Assembly: GCF_055900595.2 (NCBI RefSeq) | Contig: NZ_CM148325.1 | Length of the DNA stretch: 64,000 nt | Direction: 5' to 3' (one strand) | Part shown: in pieces, positions 1 to 11,875 of the stretch | Layout: every line of letters starts with the position of its first letter | How positions within the stretch are numbered: position 1 is the first letter of the stretch | The notes under the pieces: generated by a model | Databases searched by the model: none | Told to the model about the DNA's origin: nothing | The model's input: the letters and a program-made list of their open reading frames with translations, nothing else | Translations under genes and position numbers: made by a program

Positions 1-197
1 AGTGGACTAAATTATCGCCATTACTGCGCTTTAAATGACCTTTATGTTCAATATTTTTTCAATCTAGCAGCGGGTTTTCATTTTTGCAAACCAAATTTAA
101 CATTTGACAAACATTTAGTTTGCATACAGATTCGAATGGTGGTCATTATATTTTACGCTTTGATAACGAGCGGAAAACAAACCAAAGGCGAAGAATC

Positions 198-1616
198 ATG
201 GAAACCAATATCGTTGAAGTAGAGAACTTTGTTCAGCAGTCAGAAGAGAGGCGGGGTAGCGCCTTTACGCAGGAAGTGAAACGCTACCTGGAGCGCTACC
301 CGAATACGCAATATGTTGATGTTTTACTTACCGATTTGAATGGTTGTTTTCGTGGAAAACGTATTCCTGTTTCAAGTCTGAAGAAGCTGGAGAAAGGGTG
401 TTATTTCCCGGCCTCGGTGTTTGCAATGGATATTCTGGGCAACGTCGTAGAAGAAGCGGGCCTGGGTCAGGAAATGGGCGAGCCGGATCGTACCTGTGTT
501 CCTGTTCTCGGTTCCTTAACCCCTTCTGCTGCAGATCCTGAGTTTATCGGTCAGATGCTCCTGACCATGGTCGATGAAGATGGCGCTCCCTTTGACGTTG
601 AGCCGCGGAACGTTCTCAACCGCCTGTGGCAGCAGCTACGCCAGCGCGGCTTGTTCCCGGTCGTAGCGGTAGAGCTGGAGTTCTATTTACTGGATCGCCA
701 GCGCGACGCTGAAGGGTATCTGCAACCGCCCTGCGCGCCCGGCACCGATGACCGCAATACACAAAGTCAGGTTTACTCCGTTGATAACCTCAACCACTTC
801 GCCGACGTGCTCAATGATATTGATGAGCTGGCGCAGTTACAGCTGATTCCGGCAGATGGCGCGGTCGCCGAGGCCTCGCCAGGTCAGTTTGAAATCAATC
901 TTTACCATACCGATAACGTGCTGGAAGCTTGCGATGATGCGCTGGCACTAAAACGCCTGGTGCGTCTGATGGCAGAAAAGCATAAGATGCACGCCACTTT
1001 TATGGCGAAGCCGTATGAAGAGCACGCGGGCAGCGGGATGCATATCCATATCAGTATGCAAAATAATCGTGGCGAGAACGTGCTTTCTGACGCGGAAGGC
1101 GAAGATTCGCCGCTGCTGAAAAAGATGCTTGCCGGGATGATTGACCTGATGCCGTCATCAATGGCGTTGCTGGCACCAAACGTGAACTCGTATCGCCGCT
1201 TCCAGCCGGGGATGTATGTACCGACGCAGGCGTCGTGGGGCCATAACAACCGCACCGTCGCCCTGCGTATTCCCTGCGGCGATCGCCATAATCACCGCGT
1301 GGAATATCGCGTGGCGGGTGCCGATGCCAACCCGTATTTGGTGATGGCAGCGATTTTTGCCGGTATTTTGCACGGTCTTGATAACGAACTGCCATTACAG
1401 GAAGAAGTCGAAGGCAACGGGCTGGAACAGGAAGGCTTACCCTTCCCGATTCGCCAGAGCGATGCCCTGGGTGAGTTTATCGAGAATGATCACCTGCGCC
1501 GCTATTTAGGCGAACGCTTCTGCCATGTGTATCACGCCTGTAAAAATGATGAGCTGTTGCAGTTTGAGCGCCTCATCACAGAAACAGAAATTGAGTGGAT
1601 GTTGAAAAACGCGTAA
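198..1616 (+). CDS. puuA: gamma-glutamylputrescine synthetase (glutamine synthetase family)
   Basis: ORF 120..1616 trimmed to the internal ATG at 198 (METNIVEV...), giving 472 aa; glutamine-synthetase-like translation; synteny with puuP downstream. Confidence 0.9.
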   Translation: METNIVEVENFVQQSEERRGSAFTQEVKRYLERYPNTQYVDVLLTDLNGCFRGKRIPVSSLKKLEKGCYFPASVFAMDILGNVVEEAGLGQEMGEPDRTCVPVLGSLTPSAADPEFIGQMLLTMVDEDGAPFDVEPRNVLNRLWQQLRQRGLFPVVAVELEFYLLDRQRDAEGYLQPPCAPGTDDRNTQSQVYSVDNLNHFADVLNDIDELAQLQLIPADGAVAEASPGQFEINLYHTDNVLEACDDALALKRLVRLMAEKHKMHATFMAKPYEEHAGSGMHIHISMQNNRGENVLSDAEGEDSPLLKKMLAGMIDLMPSSMALLAPNVNSYRRFQPGMYVPTQASWGHNNRTVALRIPCGDRHNHRVEYRVAGADANPYLVMAAIFAGILHGLDNELPLQEEVEGNGLEQEGLPFPIRQSDALGEFIENDHLRRYLGERFCHVYHACKNDELLQFERLITETEIEWMLKNA

Positions 1617-1918
1617 TACCCCTTGCGGGGTTGTTTCAGCGGCCTGAGCGGAGCCAGGCCTGACATTTGCTGGTAATCCAGACATTTCCCGGATGTCGCG
1701 TTATGGAGCGCAGGCGGCAACGGGCTTCCGTTAACGATTAAGACTGTGACGAGGAAATGAGATGATGCCGATGATTAAATCCCCGCATGGCGAGGGAGGC
1801 TGCGTATGCGCCCCTCCTGCGACTGACTGGACTCCGCCCCCTTTGCTTCCCTTGCTAAACAGGTTTGATTTCAGGTCGACACGACCGCAAACCTTATTAC
1901 GCAGGGGAGGCAGCAATT

Positions 1919-3304
1919 ATGGCTATTAATTCACCACTGAATATTGCTGCGCAACCCGGCAAAACCCGTCTGCGAAAATCACTGAAATTGTGGCAGGTGG
2001 TGATGATGGGTCTGGCCTATCTCACGCCGATGACTGTGTTCGATACCTTTGGCATTGTTTCCGGCATTAGCGACGGTCACGTTCCGGCGTCCTATTTGCT
2101 GGCGCTGGCGGGTGTGCTGTTTACCGCGATCAGCTACGGCAAACTGGTTCGCCAGTTTCCGGAGGCCGGTTCGGCCTATACCTACGCGCAAAAGTCGATT
2201 AACCCGCACGTCGGATTTATGGTCGGCTGGTCATCGCTGCTGGATTATCTCTTTTTGCCGATGATCAACGTTTTGTTGGCGAAAATCTATCTCTCCGCCC
2301 TCTTCCCGGAAGTGCCGCCGTGGGTGTGGGTGGTAACCTTCGTCGCCATTTTAACCGCCGCGAATCTGAAGAGCGTCAACCTGGTGGCTAACTTCAATAC
2401 CCTGTTTGTGCTGGTGCAGATTTCCATCATGTTGGTGTTTATCTTCCTGGTGGTTCAGGGGCTGCATAAAGGAGAAGGCGTTGGCACCGTCTGGTCGCTT
2501 CAGCCGTTTATCAGCGAGAACGCACATCTGATCCCGATTATTACCGGGGCGACGATTGTCTGTTTCTCGTTCCTCGGTTTCGATGCGGTGACCACGCTTT
2601 CGGAAGAGACGCCGGACGCCGCACGCGTGATCCCGAAAGCCATCTTCCTGACGGCGGTATACGGCGGCATTATCTTTATCGCGGCGTCGTTCTTTATGCA
2701 GCGGTTCTTCCCGGATATCAGCCGCTTTAAAGATCCGGACGCCGCACTGCCGGAAATCGCACTGTACGTTGGCGGCAAGTTGTTCCAGTCGATTTTCCTC
2801 TGCACGACGTTTGTGAACACGTTAGCGTCTGGCCTGGCGTCACATGCCAGCGTGTCGCGTCTGCTGTATGTGATGGGGCGCGACAATGTGTTTCCGGAAC
2901 GCGTGTTTGGCTATGTGCACCCGAAATGGCGGACTCCGGCACTGAATGTCATTATGGTCGGGATTGTCGCGTTGTCAGCGCTGTTCTTTGATTTAGTCAC
3001 CGCGACAGCATTGATTAACTTCGGTGCTCTGGTGGCGTTTACCTTCGTTAACCTGTCGGTGTTTAATCATTTCTGGCGGCGTAAAGGAATGAATAAAAGC
3101 TGGAAGGATCACTTCCACTATTTGCTGATGCCGCTGGTTGGCGCGCTGACGGTGGGTGTGCTGTGGGTTAACCTCGAGTCAACGTCACTGACACTCGGTC
3201 TGGTATGGGCTTCATTAGGCGGCGCATATTTGTGGTATCTGATCCGCCGCTATCGCAAAGTGCCGTTGTATGATGGTGACAGAACGCCGGTGAGCGAAAC
3301 GTAA
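1919..3304 (+). CDS. puuP: putrescine importer, APC-family amino acid permease
   Basis: ORF 1865..3304 trimmed to ATG at 1919 ([15 protein letters not shown]...), 461 aa, polytopic membrane protein; follows puuA. Confidence 0.88.
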   Translation: MAINSPLNIAAQPGKTRLRKSLKLWQVVMMGLAYLTPMTVFDTFGIVSGISDGHVPASYLLALAGVLFTAISYGKLVRQFPEAGSAYTYAQKSINPHVGFMVGWSSLLDYLFLPMINVLLAKIYLSALFPEVPPWVWVVTFVAILTAANLKSVNLVANFNTLFVLVQISIMLVFIFLVVQGLHKGEGVGTVWSLQPFISENAHLIPIITGATIVCFSFLGFDAVTTLSEETPDAARVIPKAIFLTAVYGGIIFIAASFFMQRFFPDISRFKDPDAALPEIALYVGGKLFQSIFLCTTFVNTLASGLASHASVSRLLYVMGRDNVFPERVFGYVHPKWRTPALNVIMVGIVALSALFFDLVTATALINFGALVAFTFVNLSVFNHFWRRKGMNKSWKDHFHYLLMPLVGALTVGVLWVNLESTSLTLGLVWASLGGAYLWYLIRRYRKVPLYDGDRTPVSET

Positions 3305-3437
3305 TAGTCGGATGCGCGGCGCATTATCCTGCCTGAGGGTAATGCGCCGCGCCATTAACTATAAAAAGATGTATGACCCGGATCACGAGTGCTATCATCC
3401 GCCCTTATGCTTAGCGCATTAACCCCAGGGGCAAATA

Positions 3438-3683
3438 ATGAACCACGATATCCCGCTAAAATATTTTGATATTGCCGATGAGTACGCGACCGAATGCGCA
3501 GAGCCTGTCGCAGACGCTGAACGCACACCGCTGGCCCACTACTTCCAGTTACTGCTCACCCGTTTGATGAACAATGAAGAGATCAGCGAAGAAGCCCAAC
3601 ATGAAATGGCTGCTGAAGCGGGGATTAATCCCGTACGCATTGATGAGATCGCAGAGTTTTTGAATCAATGGGGTAATGAGTAA
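3438..3683 (+). CDS. ymjA: small conserved protein YmjA
   Basis: 81-aa ORF in the position of K-12 ymjA between puuP and sapA. Confidence 0.75.
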   Translation: MNHDIPLKYFDIADEYATECAEPVADAERTPLAHYFQLLLTRLMNNEEISEEAQHEMAAEAGINPVRIDEIAEFLNQWGNE

Positions 3684-3715
3684 TTATTTCATTGCAGACG
3701 CTCGGTCAGTATCGT

Positions 3716-3746
3716 TGCCCGGATAAAGCGTTCACGCCGCATCCGG
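3716..3746. repeat. REP-like palindromic element
   Basis: gcccggataaagcgttcacgccgcatccggc is the reverse complement of the REP consensus GCCGGATGCGGCGTGAACGC... Confidence 0.5.
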
Positions 3747-3995
3747 CTAAAAATGACACGCACTGCAGCGTGCTTTAATGGGTTTCTCACGATCGTACCG
3801 CTCTGCTCCTCGCTAAGTTGTTCTGTGAGTTATAGTTATAGAGAAATCACGGGTACGAATGTTGAACAGATGGCGACGTCACCTGTTCAACGACCAACCA
3901 CACGGCCCTCATTACGACCCCTGAACACAAACGGTAATGGCAAATGTCATTAAATATTAGTAAGATAGCCTCTTTACATAAAATCTCTTAATATT

Positions 3996-5639
3996 ATGCG
4001 CCAGGTATTATCGTCTCTTTTGGTGATTGCTGGACTTGTGAGTGGTCAGGCAATCGCCGCGCCTGAATCCCCCCCGCATGCTGATATCCGCGACAGCGGT
4101 TTTGTCTATTGCGTCAGCGGGCAAGTCAACACCTTTAACCCATCCAAAGCGAGCAGTGGGTTAATTGTCGATACCCTTGCCGCCCAGTTTTATGATCGAC
4201 TCCTGGATGTCGATCCCTATACCTATCGCCTGATGCCGGAACTTGCCGAAAGCTGGGAAGTGCTCGACAACGGCGCGACCTATCGCTTCCACCTGCGTCG
4301 CGATGTTCCGTTTCAAAAAACCGACTGGTTTACTCCCACTCGTAAAATGAATGCCGACGATGTGGTGTTTACCTTCCAGCGAATTTTTGACCGTAACAAC
4401 CCGTGGCATAACGTCAACGGCAGCAACTTTCCCTACTTCGACAGCCTGCAATTTGCCGATAACGTTAAAAGCGTCCGCAAACTGGATAATCATACCGTTG
4501 AGTTCCGACTCGCCCAGCCAGATGCTTCTTTTTTGTGGCACCTGGCGACCCATTATGCATCGGTCATGTCGGCAGAATATGCCCAGAAGTTAGAGAAAGA
4601 AGATCGCCAGGAACAACTCGACCGTCAGCCGGTCGGCACTGGACCGTATCAGTTATCGGAATACCGCGCCGGGCAATTTATTCGCCTACAACGTCATGAT
4701 GACTTCTGGCGCGGCAAACCGTTAATGCCGCAGGTGGTGGTGGATTTAGGCTCCGGCGGCACCGGACGTCTTTCGAAACTTCTGACAGGTGAATGCGACG
4801 TTCTGGCCTGGCCTGCTGCCAGTCAGCTATCCATTTTGCGTGACGACCCACGCTTGCGTTTAACGCTGCGCCCGGGGATGAATGTCGCCTATCTGGCATT
4901 TAACACTGCTAAACCGCCGCTAAATAATCCCGCTGTCCGCCATGCGCTGGCACTGGCGATCAATAACCAGCGTCTGATGCAATCCATCTATTATGGTACG
5001 GCTGAAACGGCAGCCTCTATTTTACCGCGCGCCTCGTGGGCCTATGACAACGAGGCTAAAATTACTGAATACAATCCGGCGAAATCGCGCGAACAGTTGA
5101 AGGCGTTGGGGCTGGAAAACTTAACGCTGAAACTGTGGGTGCCAACACGTTCGCAGGCGTGGAACCCCAGTCCACTGAAAACCGCCGAACTGATTCAGGC
5201 GGATATGGCGCAGGTTGGCGTAAAAGTGGTGATTGTGCCGGTAGAAGGTCGTTTTCAGGAGGCGCGGTTGATGGATATGAGCCATGATCTGACGTTATCC
5301 GGTTGGGCGACAGACAGTAACGATCCGGACAGTTTCTTTCGTCCGCTACTGAGCTGCGCAGCAATACATTCCCAGACCAACCTCGCCCACTGGTGCGATC
5401 CGAAATTCGACAGCGTGTTGCGTAAGGCGCTCTCCTCGCAGCAGCTAGCGGCGCGTATTGAAGCCTATGACGAAGCGCAAAGTATTCTGGCGCAGGAATT
5501 GCCCATTTTGCCGCTGGCGTCGTCATTGCGCTTGCAAGCCTACCGTTACGATATCAAAGGGCTGGTTCTTAGCCCGTTTGGTAACGCCTCCTTTGCTGGT
5601 GTGTATCGCGAGAAACAGGATGAGGTGAAAAAACCATGA
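3996..5639 (+). CDS. sapA: peptide ABC transporter periplasmic binding protein
   Basis: 547-aa ORF with signal peptide and family-5 solute-binding protein translation; first gene of a five-gene operon. Confidence 0.92.
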   Translation: MRQVLSSLLVIAGLVSGQAIAAPESPPHADIRDSGFVYCVSGQVNTFNPSKASSGLIVDTLAAQFYDRLLDVDPYTYRLMPELAESWEVLDNGATYRFHLRRDVPFQKTDWFTPTRKMNADDVVFTFQRIFDRNNPWHNVNGSNFPYFDSLQFADNVKSVRKLDNHTVEFRLAQPDASFLWHLATHYASVMSAEYAQKLEKEDRQEQLDRQPVGTGPYQLSEYRAGQFIRLQRHDDFWRGKPLMPQVVVDLGSGGTGRLSKLLTGECDVLAWPAASQLSILRDDPRLRLTLRPGMNVAYLAFNTAKPPLNNPAVRHALALAINNQRLMQSIYYGTAETAASILPRASWAYDNEAKITEYNPAKSREQLKALGLENLTLKLWVPTRSQAWNPSPLKTAELIQADMAQVGVKVVIVPVEGRFQEARLMDMSHDLTLSGWATDSNDPDSFFRPLLSCAAIHSQTNLAHWCDPKFDSVLRKALSSQQLAARIEAYDEAQSILAQELPILPLASSLRLQAYRYDIKGLVLSPFGNASFAGVYREKQDEVKKP

Positions 5640-6601
5640 TTATCTTCACCTTACGCCGCATTTTGTTATTGATTGTCACCTTGTTCCTGCTGACCTTCGT
5701 TGGCTTCAGCTTGAGCTATTTCACCCCACATGCGCCGTTACAAGGCGCGTCACTGTGGAATGCCTGGGTGTTCTGGTTTAATGGTCTGATCCACTGGGAT
5801 TTTGGTGTTTCCAGCATTAACGGTCAACCGATTGCCGAACAGTTAAAAGAGGTCTTCCCGGCGACGATGGAACTGTGCATCCTCGCCTTCGGTTTTGCGC
5901 TGATTGTTGGCATCCCCGTAGGGATGATTGCCGGGATTACGCGCCATAAGTGGCAGGATAACTTGATCAACGCCATCGCCTTACTGGGCTTTTCCATCCC
6001 GGTGTTCTGGCTGGCGCTTCTGTTGACGCTATTTTGTTCACTCACGCTAGGTTGGTTGCCCGTTTCAGGGCGTTTCGATCTGCTCTACGAAGTGAAACCG
6101 ATTACCGGTTTTGCGTTGATTGATGCCTGGCTTTCGGACTCACCGTGGCGGGATGAAATGGTCATGAGCGCAATCCGCCATATGATATTGCCCGTGATCA
6201 CCCTGTCGGTTGCGCCAACAACTGAAGTGATCCGACTGATGCGTATCAGCACAATCGAAGTGTATGACCAGAACTATGTTAAAGCGGCGGCGACCCGCGG
6301 TTTGTCGCGCTTTACTATTTTGCGTCGCCATGTTCTGCATAACGCGTTACCTCCGGTTATTCCTCGCCTGGGCTTACAGTTTTCTACCATGCTGACGCTG
6401 GCGATGATCACCGAAATGGTCTTTAGCTGGCCGGGTTTAGGGCGCTGGTTAATTAACGCCATCCGCCAGCAAGATTACGCGGCCATTTCCGCCGGAGTGA
6501 TGGTGTGTGGCTCACTGGTCATTATTGTTAACGTGATTTCTGATATTTTGGGTGCCATGGCTAACCCTCTGAAACATAAGGAATGGTATGCCTTACGATA
6601 G
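5636..6601 (+). CDS. sapB: peptide ABC transporter permease
   Basis: 321-aa polytopic permease; 4-bp overlap with sapA. Confidence 0.92.
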   Translation: MIIFTLRRILLLIVTLFLLTFVGFSLSYFTPHAPLQGASLWNAWVFWFNGLIHWDFGVSSINGQPIAEQLKEVFPATMELCILAFGFALIVGIPVGMIAGITRHKWQDNLINAIALLGFSIPVFWLALLLTLFCSLTLGWLPVSGRFDLLYEVKPITGFALIDAWLSDSPWRDEMVMSAIRHMILPVITLSVAPTTEVIRLMRISTIEVYDQNYVKAAATRGLSRFTILRRHVLHNALPPVIPRLGLQFSTMLTLAMITEMVFSWPGLGRWLINAIRQQDYAAISAGVMVCGSLVIIVNVISDILGAMANPLKHKEWYALR

Positions 6602-7478
6602 CGTATACAGCGAAAAGCGCCCGCCGGGCACGCTGCGTACCGCCTGGCGCAAATTTTATAGTGATGCCTCTGCGATGGTCGGTCTGTACGGCTGCGCGGG
6701 ACTGGCTGTACTGTGTATTTTTGGCGGCTGGTTTGCGCCTTACGGCATCGATCAGCAATTTCTCGGCTATCAATTATTGCCGCCTTCATGGTCACGCTAT
6801 GGCGAAGTTTCTTTCTTCCTGGGGACTGACGACCTCGGACGCGATGTTTTAAGTCGTTTACTGAGTGGAGCTGCACCAACCGTGGGGGGGGCATTTGTGG
6901 TGACGCTTGCAGCGACAATCTGTGGCCTGGTACTTGGCACCTTTGCCGGGTCGACGCACGGTCTACGCTCAGCGGTGCTTAACCATATTCTGGATACCTT
7001 ACTGGCGATCCCTTCCCTGCTGCTGGCAATTATCGTTGTAGCGTTTGCCGGACCGAGTTTGTCGCACGCCATGTTTGCCGTCTGGCTGGCGCTGCTGCCT
7101 CGTATGGTACGTTCGATTTACAGCATGGTGCATGACGAACTGGAAAAAGAGTACGTTATCGCCGCCCGTCTGGATGGCGCATCAACGCTGAATATTCTCT
7201 GGTTTGCTGTGATGCCAAACATCACCGCCGGGCTGGTCACCGAGATCACCCGCGCACTGTCGATGGCAATTCTCGATATCGCCGCGCTGGGCTTTCTCGA
7301 TCTCGGCGCACAACTCCCCTCGCCTGAATGGGGAGCGATGCTCGGTGATGCGCTGGAACTGATTTATGTCGCCCCGTGGACTGTCATGCTGCCAGGTGCG
7401 GCAATTATGATTAGCGTGCTGTTGGTTAACCTCCTTGGCGACGGTGTTCGTCGTGCAATTATTGCGGGGGTGGAATAA
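6588..7478 (+). CDS. sapC: peptide ABC transporter permease
   Basis: 296-aa permease overlapping the sapB end. Confidence 0.92.
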   Translation: MPYDSVYSEKRPPGTLRTAWRKFYSDASAMVGLYGCAGLAVLCIFGGWFAPYGIDQQFLGYQLLPPSWSRYGEVSFFLGTDDLGRDVLSRLLSGAAPTVGGAFVVTLAATICGLVLGTFAGSTHGLRSAVLNHILDTLLAIPSLLLAIIVVAFAGPSLSHAMFAVWLALLPRMVRSIYSMVHDELEKEYVIAARLDGASTLNILWFAVMPNITAGLVTEITRALSMAILDIAALGFLDLGAQLPSPEWGAMLGDALELIYVAPWTVMLPGAAIMISVLLVNLLGDGVRRAIIAGVE

Positions 7479-8470
7479 TGCCATTACTCGATATTCGTAA
7501 CCTGACCATTGAATTTAAAACCGGTGATGAGTGGGTTAAAGCCGTCGACCGCGTAAGTATGACCTTAACCGAAGGTGAAATCCGCGGTCTTGTTGGCGAA
7601 TCCGGTTCCGGCAAAAGTTTGATTGCAAAAGCAATTTGTGGGGTGAATAAAGATAACTGGCGTGTTACTGCTGACCGTATGCGTTTTGATGATATCGATT
7701 TGCTGCGTCTCTCCGCACGCGAACGGCGCAAGCTGGTTGGTCACAACGTGTCGATGATTTTCCAGGAACCGCAGTCGTGTCTTGACCCTTCAGAACGTGT
7801 GGGTCGCCAGTTGATGCAAAACATCCCAGCCTGGACGTATAAAGGCCGTTGGTGGCAGCGTTTTGGCTGGCGCAAACGCCGTGCCATTGAACTACTGCAC
7901 CGTGTGGGGATTAAAGATCACAAAGATGCGATGCGCAGTTTTCCCTATGAGTTGACCGAAGGTGAATGTCAGAAAGTGATGATAGCCATTGCACTGGCGA
8001 ATCAACCGCGTCTGCTGATTGCTGACGAACCGACAAACTCAATGGAGCCAACAACCCAGGCGCAAATCTTTCGCCTGCTGACGCGTCTCAACCAAAACAG
8101 CAATACCACTATTTTGCTTATCAGCCATGACTTACAAATGCTTAGCCGATGGGCGGATAAAATTAACGTGCTTTACTGCGGTCAAACGGTGGAAACCGCG
8201 CCGAGTAAGGAGTTGGTGACAATGCCACATCATCCCTATACCCAGGCGCTGATCCGCGCGATACCAGACTTCGGCAGCGCGATGCCGCATAAAAGTCGCC
8301 TCAATACGCTGCCCGGCGCTATCCCACTGCTGGAACAGTTACCGATTGGGTGTCGTCTGGGGCCGCGTTGCCCGTATGCACAACGAGAATGCATTGTGAC
8401 GCCACGTTTGACGGGGGCGAAAAATCATCTCTATGCCTGTCACTTCCCGCTGAACATGGAGAAAGAGTGA
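7478..8470 (+). CDS. sapD: peptide ABC transporter ATP-binding protein
   Basis: 330 aa; Walker [12 protein letters not shown] signature region. Confidence 0.92.
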   Translation: MPLLDIRNLTIEFKTGDEWVKAVDRVSMTLTEGEIRGLVGESGSGKSLIAKAICGVNKDNWRVTADRMRFDDIDLLRLSARERRKLVGHNVSMIFQEPQSCLDPSERVGRQLMQNIPAWTYKGRWWQRFGWRKRRAIELLHRVGIKDHKDAMRSFPYELTEGECQKVMIAIALANQPRLLIADEPTNSMEPTTQAQIFRLLTRLNQNSNTTILLISHDLQMLSRWADKINVLYCGQTVETAPSKELVTMPHHPYTQALIRAIPDFGSAMPHKSRLNTLPGAIPLLEQLPIGCRLGPRCPYAQRECIVTPRLTGAKNHLYACHFPLNMEKE

Positions 8471-8471
8471 G

Positions 8472-9278
8472 ATGATCGAAACGCTGCTTGAAGTGCGTAA
8501 TTTAAGTAAAACGTTCCGTTATCGGACCGGCTGGTTTCGTCGTCAGACCGTAGAAGCGGTAAAACCTTTGAGCTTTACGCTACGTGAAGGCCAGACACTG
8601 GCGATCATTGGCGAGAATGGTTCTGGTAAATCCACGCTGGCAAAAATGCTGGCGGGAATGATAGAACCTACCAGCGGCGAGTTATTGATTGACGATCATC
8701 CGCTGCATTTTGGCGATTATTCCTTCCGCAGTCAGCGTATTCGCATGATTTTTCAGGATCCTTCGACCTCGTTGAATCCCCGTCAACGTATCTCGCAAAT
8801 TCTGGATTTTCCACTGCGTCTGAACACCGATCTGGAACCTGAACAGCGTCGCAAACAGATTATTGAAACGATGCGGATGGTTGGGCTGCTACCGGATCAC
8901 GTCAGTTACTATCCGCATATGTTAGCACCCGGGCAAAAACAGCGTCTGGGTCTGGCGCGCGCGCTGATATTGCGCCCAAAAGTCATTATTGCCGATGAAG
9001 CCCTCGCCTCACTGGATATGTCGATGCGTTCGCAGTTGATTAATCTGATGCTGGAGTTACAGGAAAAACAGGGCATTTCGTATATTTATGTTACCCAGCA
9101 TATTGGGATGATGAAGCACATTAGCGACCAGGTACTGGTGATGCATCAGGGCGAGGTTGTCGAGCGAGGTAGTACTGCGGATGTGCTCGCCTCTCCGCTG
9201 CACGACCTCACTAAACGACTGATTGCCGGTCATTTTGGCGAGGCATTGACGGCGGATGCGTGGCGTAAGGACCGTTAG
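8472..9278 (+). CDS. sapF: peptide ABC transporter ATP-binding protein
   Basis: 268 aa; Walker A GENGSGKST. Confidence 0.92.
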   Translation: MIETLLEVRNLSKTFRYRTGWFRRQTVEAVKPLSFTLREGQTLAIIGENGSGKSTLAKMLAGMIEPTSGELLIDDHPLHFGDYSFRSQRIRMIFQDPSTSLNPRQRISQILDFPLRLNTDLEPEQRRKQIIETMRMVGLLPDHVSYYPHMLAPGQKQRLGLARALILRPKVIIADEALASLDMSMRSQLINLMLELQEKQGISYIYVTQHIGMMKHISDQVLVMHQGEVVERGSTADVLASPLHDLTKRLIAGHFGEALTADAWRKDR

Positions 9279-9285
9279 TGTTTTG

Positions 9286-9318
9286 CACCTCATCCTGACA
9301 GGGCCCCCCTCAGGATGA
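9286..9318. terminator. bidirectional hairpin between convergent sapF and MFS gene
   Basis: cacctcatcctga / tcaggatgaggtg 13-bp inverted repeat around a cagggcccccc loop. Confidence 0.6.
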
Positions 9319-9326
9319 GGTGTTCA

Positions 9327-10490
9327 TTACTTTTGATTGTCGATTCTGGTGAGAGCAACCAGCAATGCCAGCGTATAACACACCGTAATTGCCAGACTCA
9401 TTTTTAACAGTGTTTCTCCGCCAATTCCCGACAATGGCGCGGCTATACCGCCGAAGACAAACATGCTCATCCCCATCAACGCAGACGCCGTTCCAGATTC
9501 CTGCGTCCCTACTGCACTCATAGCCTCTGCCCCGCCAACAGTGCCGATGCCGCTACAAAATGCGATGGTGAAAAATAATGCCACCAGTGCCGGAATGGGC
9601 AATTGTACCCATGCGCATAAGACCGTGAGCAATGCACACAAAATTGCCGCTATCAGGCCACCTCGCAACAATGTCATCGCGTTAATCCGTCGCGCCAGGC
9701 GCGAGAAGATCCATGAAGCAATGATAAGTCCGATGCCGTTAAGGCCAAACACCAGGCTAAATTGCATTGGACTAAAGCCAAATTCCTTCTGCAACACGAA
9801 CGACGAAGAGCCGATATACGCAAACAAACCGGCCAGCATAAAACTTTGAATCAGGCAAAAGCGCATAAAAAGGCGGTTCTGCACCACGCTTCGTCCGGTT
9901 AATAGCAATGATGAGCCCCTTTTATTTTCTGGCAAGGTCTCATTAATAAATAACAGGCAGCCCAGCAACAGTACGGTGCTAATTTCAGCCATTACCCAGA
10001 ATAAAGTGCGCCAGTCAAAAGTGCTAACAATGTACCCGCCCAGCACTGGCGACAACACCGGTGCCAGGCCATTCACCGTCATTAACAGCGCAAAAAACTG
10101 GGTCAACGTTACTCCCTGATATTTGTCACGAGCAATAGAACGAGAGAGCACCGAACCACCCGCCCCCGCGATCCCTTGAATAAAACGCCAGACCACCAGC
10201 CAGTAAATATTGTTCGTTGTCGCGCACAAAATGGAAGAAACAATAAACAATAGCAACGACAAGATTAACGGACGTTTACGCCCTATTTTGTCGCTCAGAG
10301 GGCCAAATAACAGTTGTCCGACGCCAAGACCGATCAGTGATGCAGTCAGGGTTAATTGCGTTATGGTCGTGGTTGCCGCCAGTTGCTCAGACATCTCCGG
10401 CAAAGCCGGCAAATAAAGATCGGTACACATCGGGCCGATACCGGCTAAAAGACCAAGAATCAATGCCCATGAAAGAGAGACTCTAGCCAT
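9327..10490 (-). CDS. MFS transporter, Bcr/CflA-like drug efflux family
   Basis: 387-aa polytopic protein with MFS motifs (GPLSDKIGRKRP); last gene of the efflux operon, 8 bp after the OMF gene. Confidence 0.75.
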   Translation of the reverse strand: MARVSLSWALILGLLAGIGPMCTDLYLPALPEMSEQLAATTTITQLTLTASLIGLGVGQLLFGPLSDKIGRKRPLILSLLLFIVSSILCATTNNIYWLVVWRFIQGIAGAGGSVLSRSIARDKYQGVTLTQFFALLMTVNGLAPVLSPVLGGYIVSTFDWRTLFWVMAEISTVLLLGCLLFINETLPENKRGSSLLLTGRSVVQNRLFMRFCLIQSFMLAGLFAYIGSSSFVLQKEFGFSPMQFSLVFGLNGIGLIIASWIFSRLARRINAMTLLRGGLIAAILCALLTVLCAWVQLPIPALVALFFTIAFCSGIGTVGGAEAMSAVGTQESGTASALMGMSMFVFGGIAAPLSGIGGETLLKMSLAITVCYTLALLVALTRIDNQK

Positions 10491-10498
10491 ATTATTCC

Positions 10499-11872
10499 TT
10501 ACTTGAGTGATGACATGCCGCCGCCCAGCGACTGCCAGAGCGTGATTCGGTTTGTAAAATCAGTCAGTTGCAGTGCCAGCAGCTCCTGCTGTGCGCTCCA
10601 CAAGCTGCGCTGCGCCGTCAACACGGTCAGGTAATCACCAACACCCGCCTGATAGCGACGCAAGCCAACATCGACCGTTTGTTGCTCAGCTTTAACATAC
10701 TGGCGCTGTGCATCCAGTTGCTCTTCAAGCGTGGTCCGCCGCGCCAGTGCGTTAGCGACATCTTTAAATGCGCTCTGAACGGTTTTTTCATAGGTGGCAA
10801 TGAGCCCACGCTTTTGTGCTTCTGCGTAACGAAGCTGCGCCAGATTACTCCCGCCAGTGAACAGCGGTAATGTGACCGATGGCGCAAATGACCAGATCTG
10901 CATTCCGTGGCTGAACAACGACGACAATGCGTCACTGCCCACACCGGCACTGGCAGTCAGCGAAATCGTCGGGAAAAAGTTAGCCCGCGCCGCGCCAATA
11001 TCTGCATTGGCGCTCTTCAAATTATGTTCCGCTTCCTGGATATCCGGGCGACGCAGCAGAACATCAGATGATACTCCCGCAGGAACCAGACTTATCATTT
11101 GTTCCGGCAGGCTTTCCAGTGTTCCCGGTAGCAGATTTTCCGCAAGCGTTGTACCTGCCAGTAAGTTCAGCGCATTTTTATCCTGCATCACTTGTGTCTG
11201 ATAGCTGGCAACGCTGGCGCGCGCTTGCTGATAAACACTCATCGCCTCACTGACATCTGTCGCTGCCGCCGTGCCAACCTGTTGCTGGCGCTGGATAATT
11301 TTCAATGAGTTTTCTGCACTGGCCATCGTTTCTTTTGCCAGGGCCAGGTTGCTGTTATCAGCCGCCAGTGTCAGCCAGGCGGTGCTGATTTCAGCAATCA
11401 GCGTTAAACGAGTGTTCTGGGCTGTAAATTCACTGGCAAGCCAGGTTTCCCGCGCCGCCCGAGATAAACTCTGATTACGACCAAACAGATCTAACGTATA
11501 ACTGGACACCGTGCCGTCAGCCTCGGCAGTTGTTCCCGTACCATTCGCCAGCGAACGACTGCGAGTCGAACTTAAGGCCGCATTCACCGTCGGAAATAAC
11601 GACGCATTAGTTTGCCCATAGAGCGCCCGTGCTGAGTCAATATCAGCAATCGCTTTTTGCACATCGCGGTTACTGTTCAGTGCAATGGTTACTACCTGCT
11701 GCAATCGGGGATCGTGGATCACCTGCTGCCAGTCATGGCTGATTGCCTTCCCCTGGCCCTGTGCTCCCGGCAAGGTCGCCGGGATTGGGGATTCAGGCGT
11801 ACTGTAGTGAGGATCGAGCGAGACACATCCCGCACTCAACAACACCAGAAAAATAAGAGAACGACGCAACAT
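10499..11872 (-). CDS. RND efflux outer-membrane factor lipoprotein (NodT/OprM family)
   Basis: 457 aa; signal peptide with lipobox LSAGC; OprM/TolC-like alpha/beta repeat translation. Confidence 0.8.
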   Translation of the reverse strand: MLRRSLIFLVLLSAGCVSLDPHYSTPESPIPATLPGAQGQGKAISHDWQQVIHDPRLQQVVTIALNSNRDVQKAIADIDSARALYGQTNASLFPTVNAALSSTRSRSLANGTGTTAEADGTVSSYTLDLFGRNQSLSRAARETWLASEFTAQNTRLTLIAEISTAWLTLAADNSNLALAKETMASAENSLKIIQRQQQVGTAAATDVSEAMSVYQQARASVASYQTQVMQDKNALNLLAGTTLAENLLPGTLESLPEQMISLVPAGVSSDVLLRRPDIQEAEHNLKSANADIGAARANFFPTISLTASAGVGSDALSSLFSHGMQIWSFAPSVTLPLFTGGSNLAQLRYAEAQKRGLIATYEKTVQSAFKDVANALARRTTLEEQLDAQRQYVKAEQQTVDVGLRRYQAGVGDYLTVLTAQRSLWSAQQELLALQLTDFTNRITLWQSLGGGMSSLK

Positions 11873-11875
11873 AAC

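Noticed and set aside
3828-3844. Shared 15-mer ttatagttatagaga upstream of sapA and again at 24953-24967 upstream of osmB
   Set aside because: A single exact 15-mer match is about what chance gives in a 64-kb window on two strands (expected order of one to a few), and there is no extended similarity around it.
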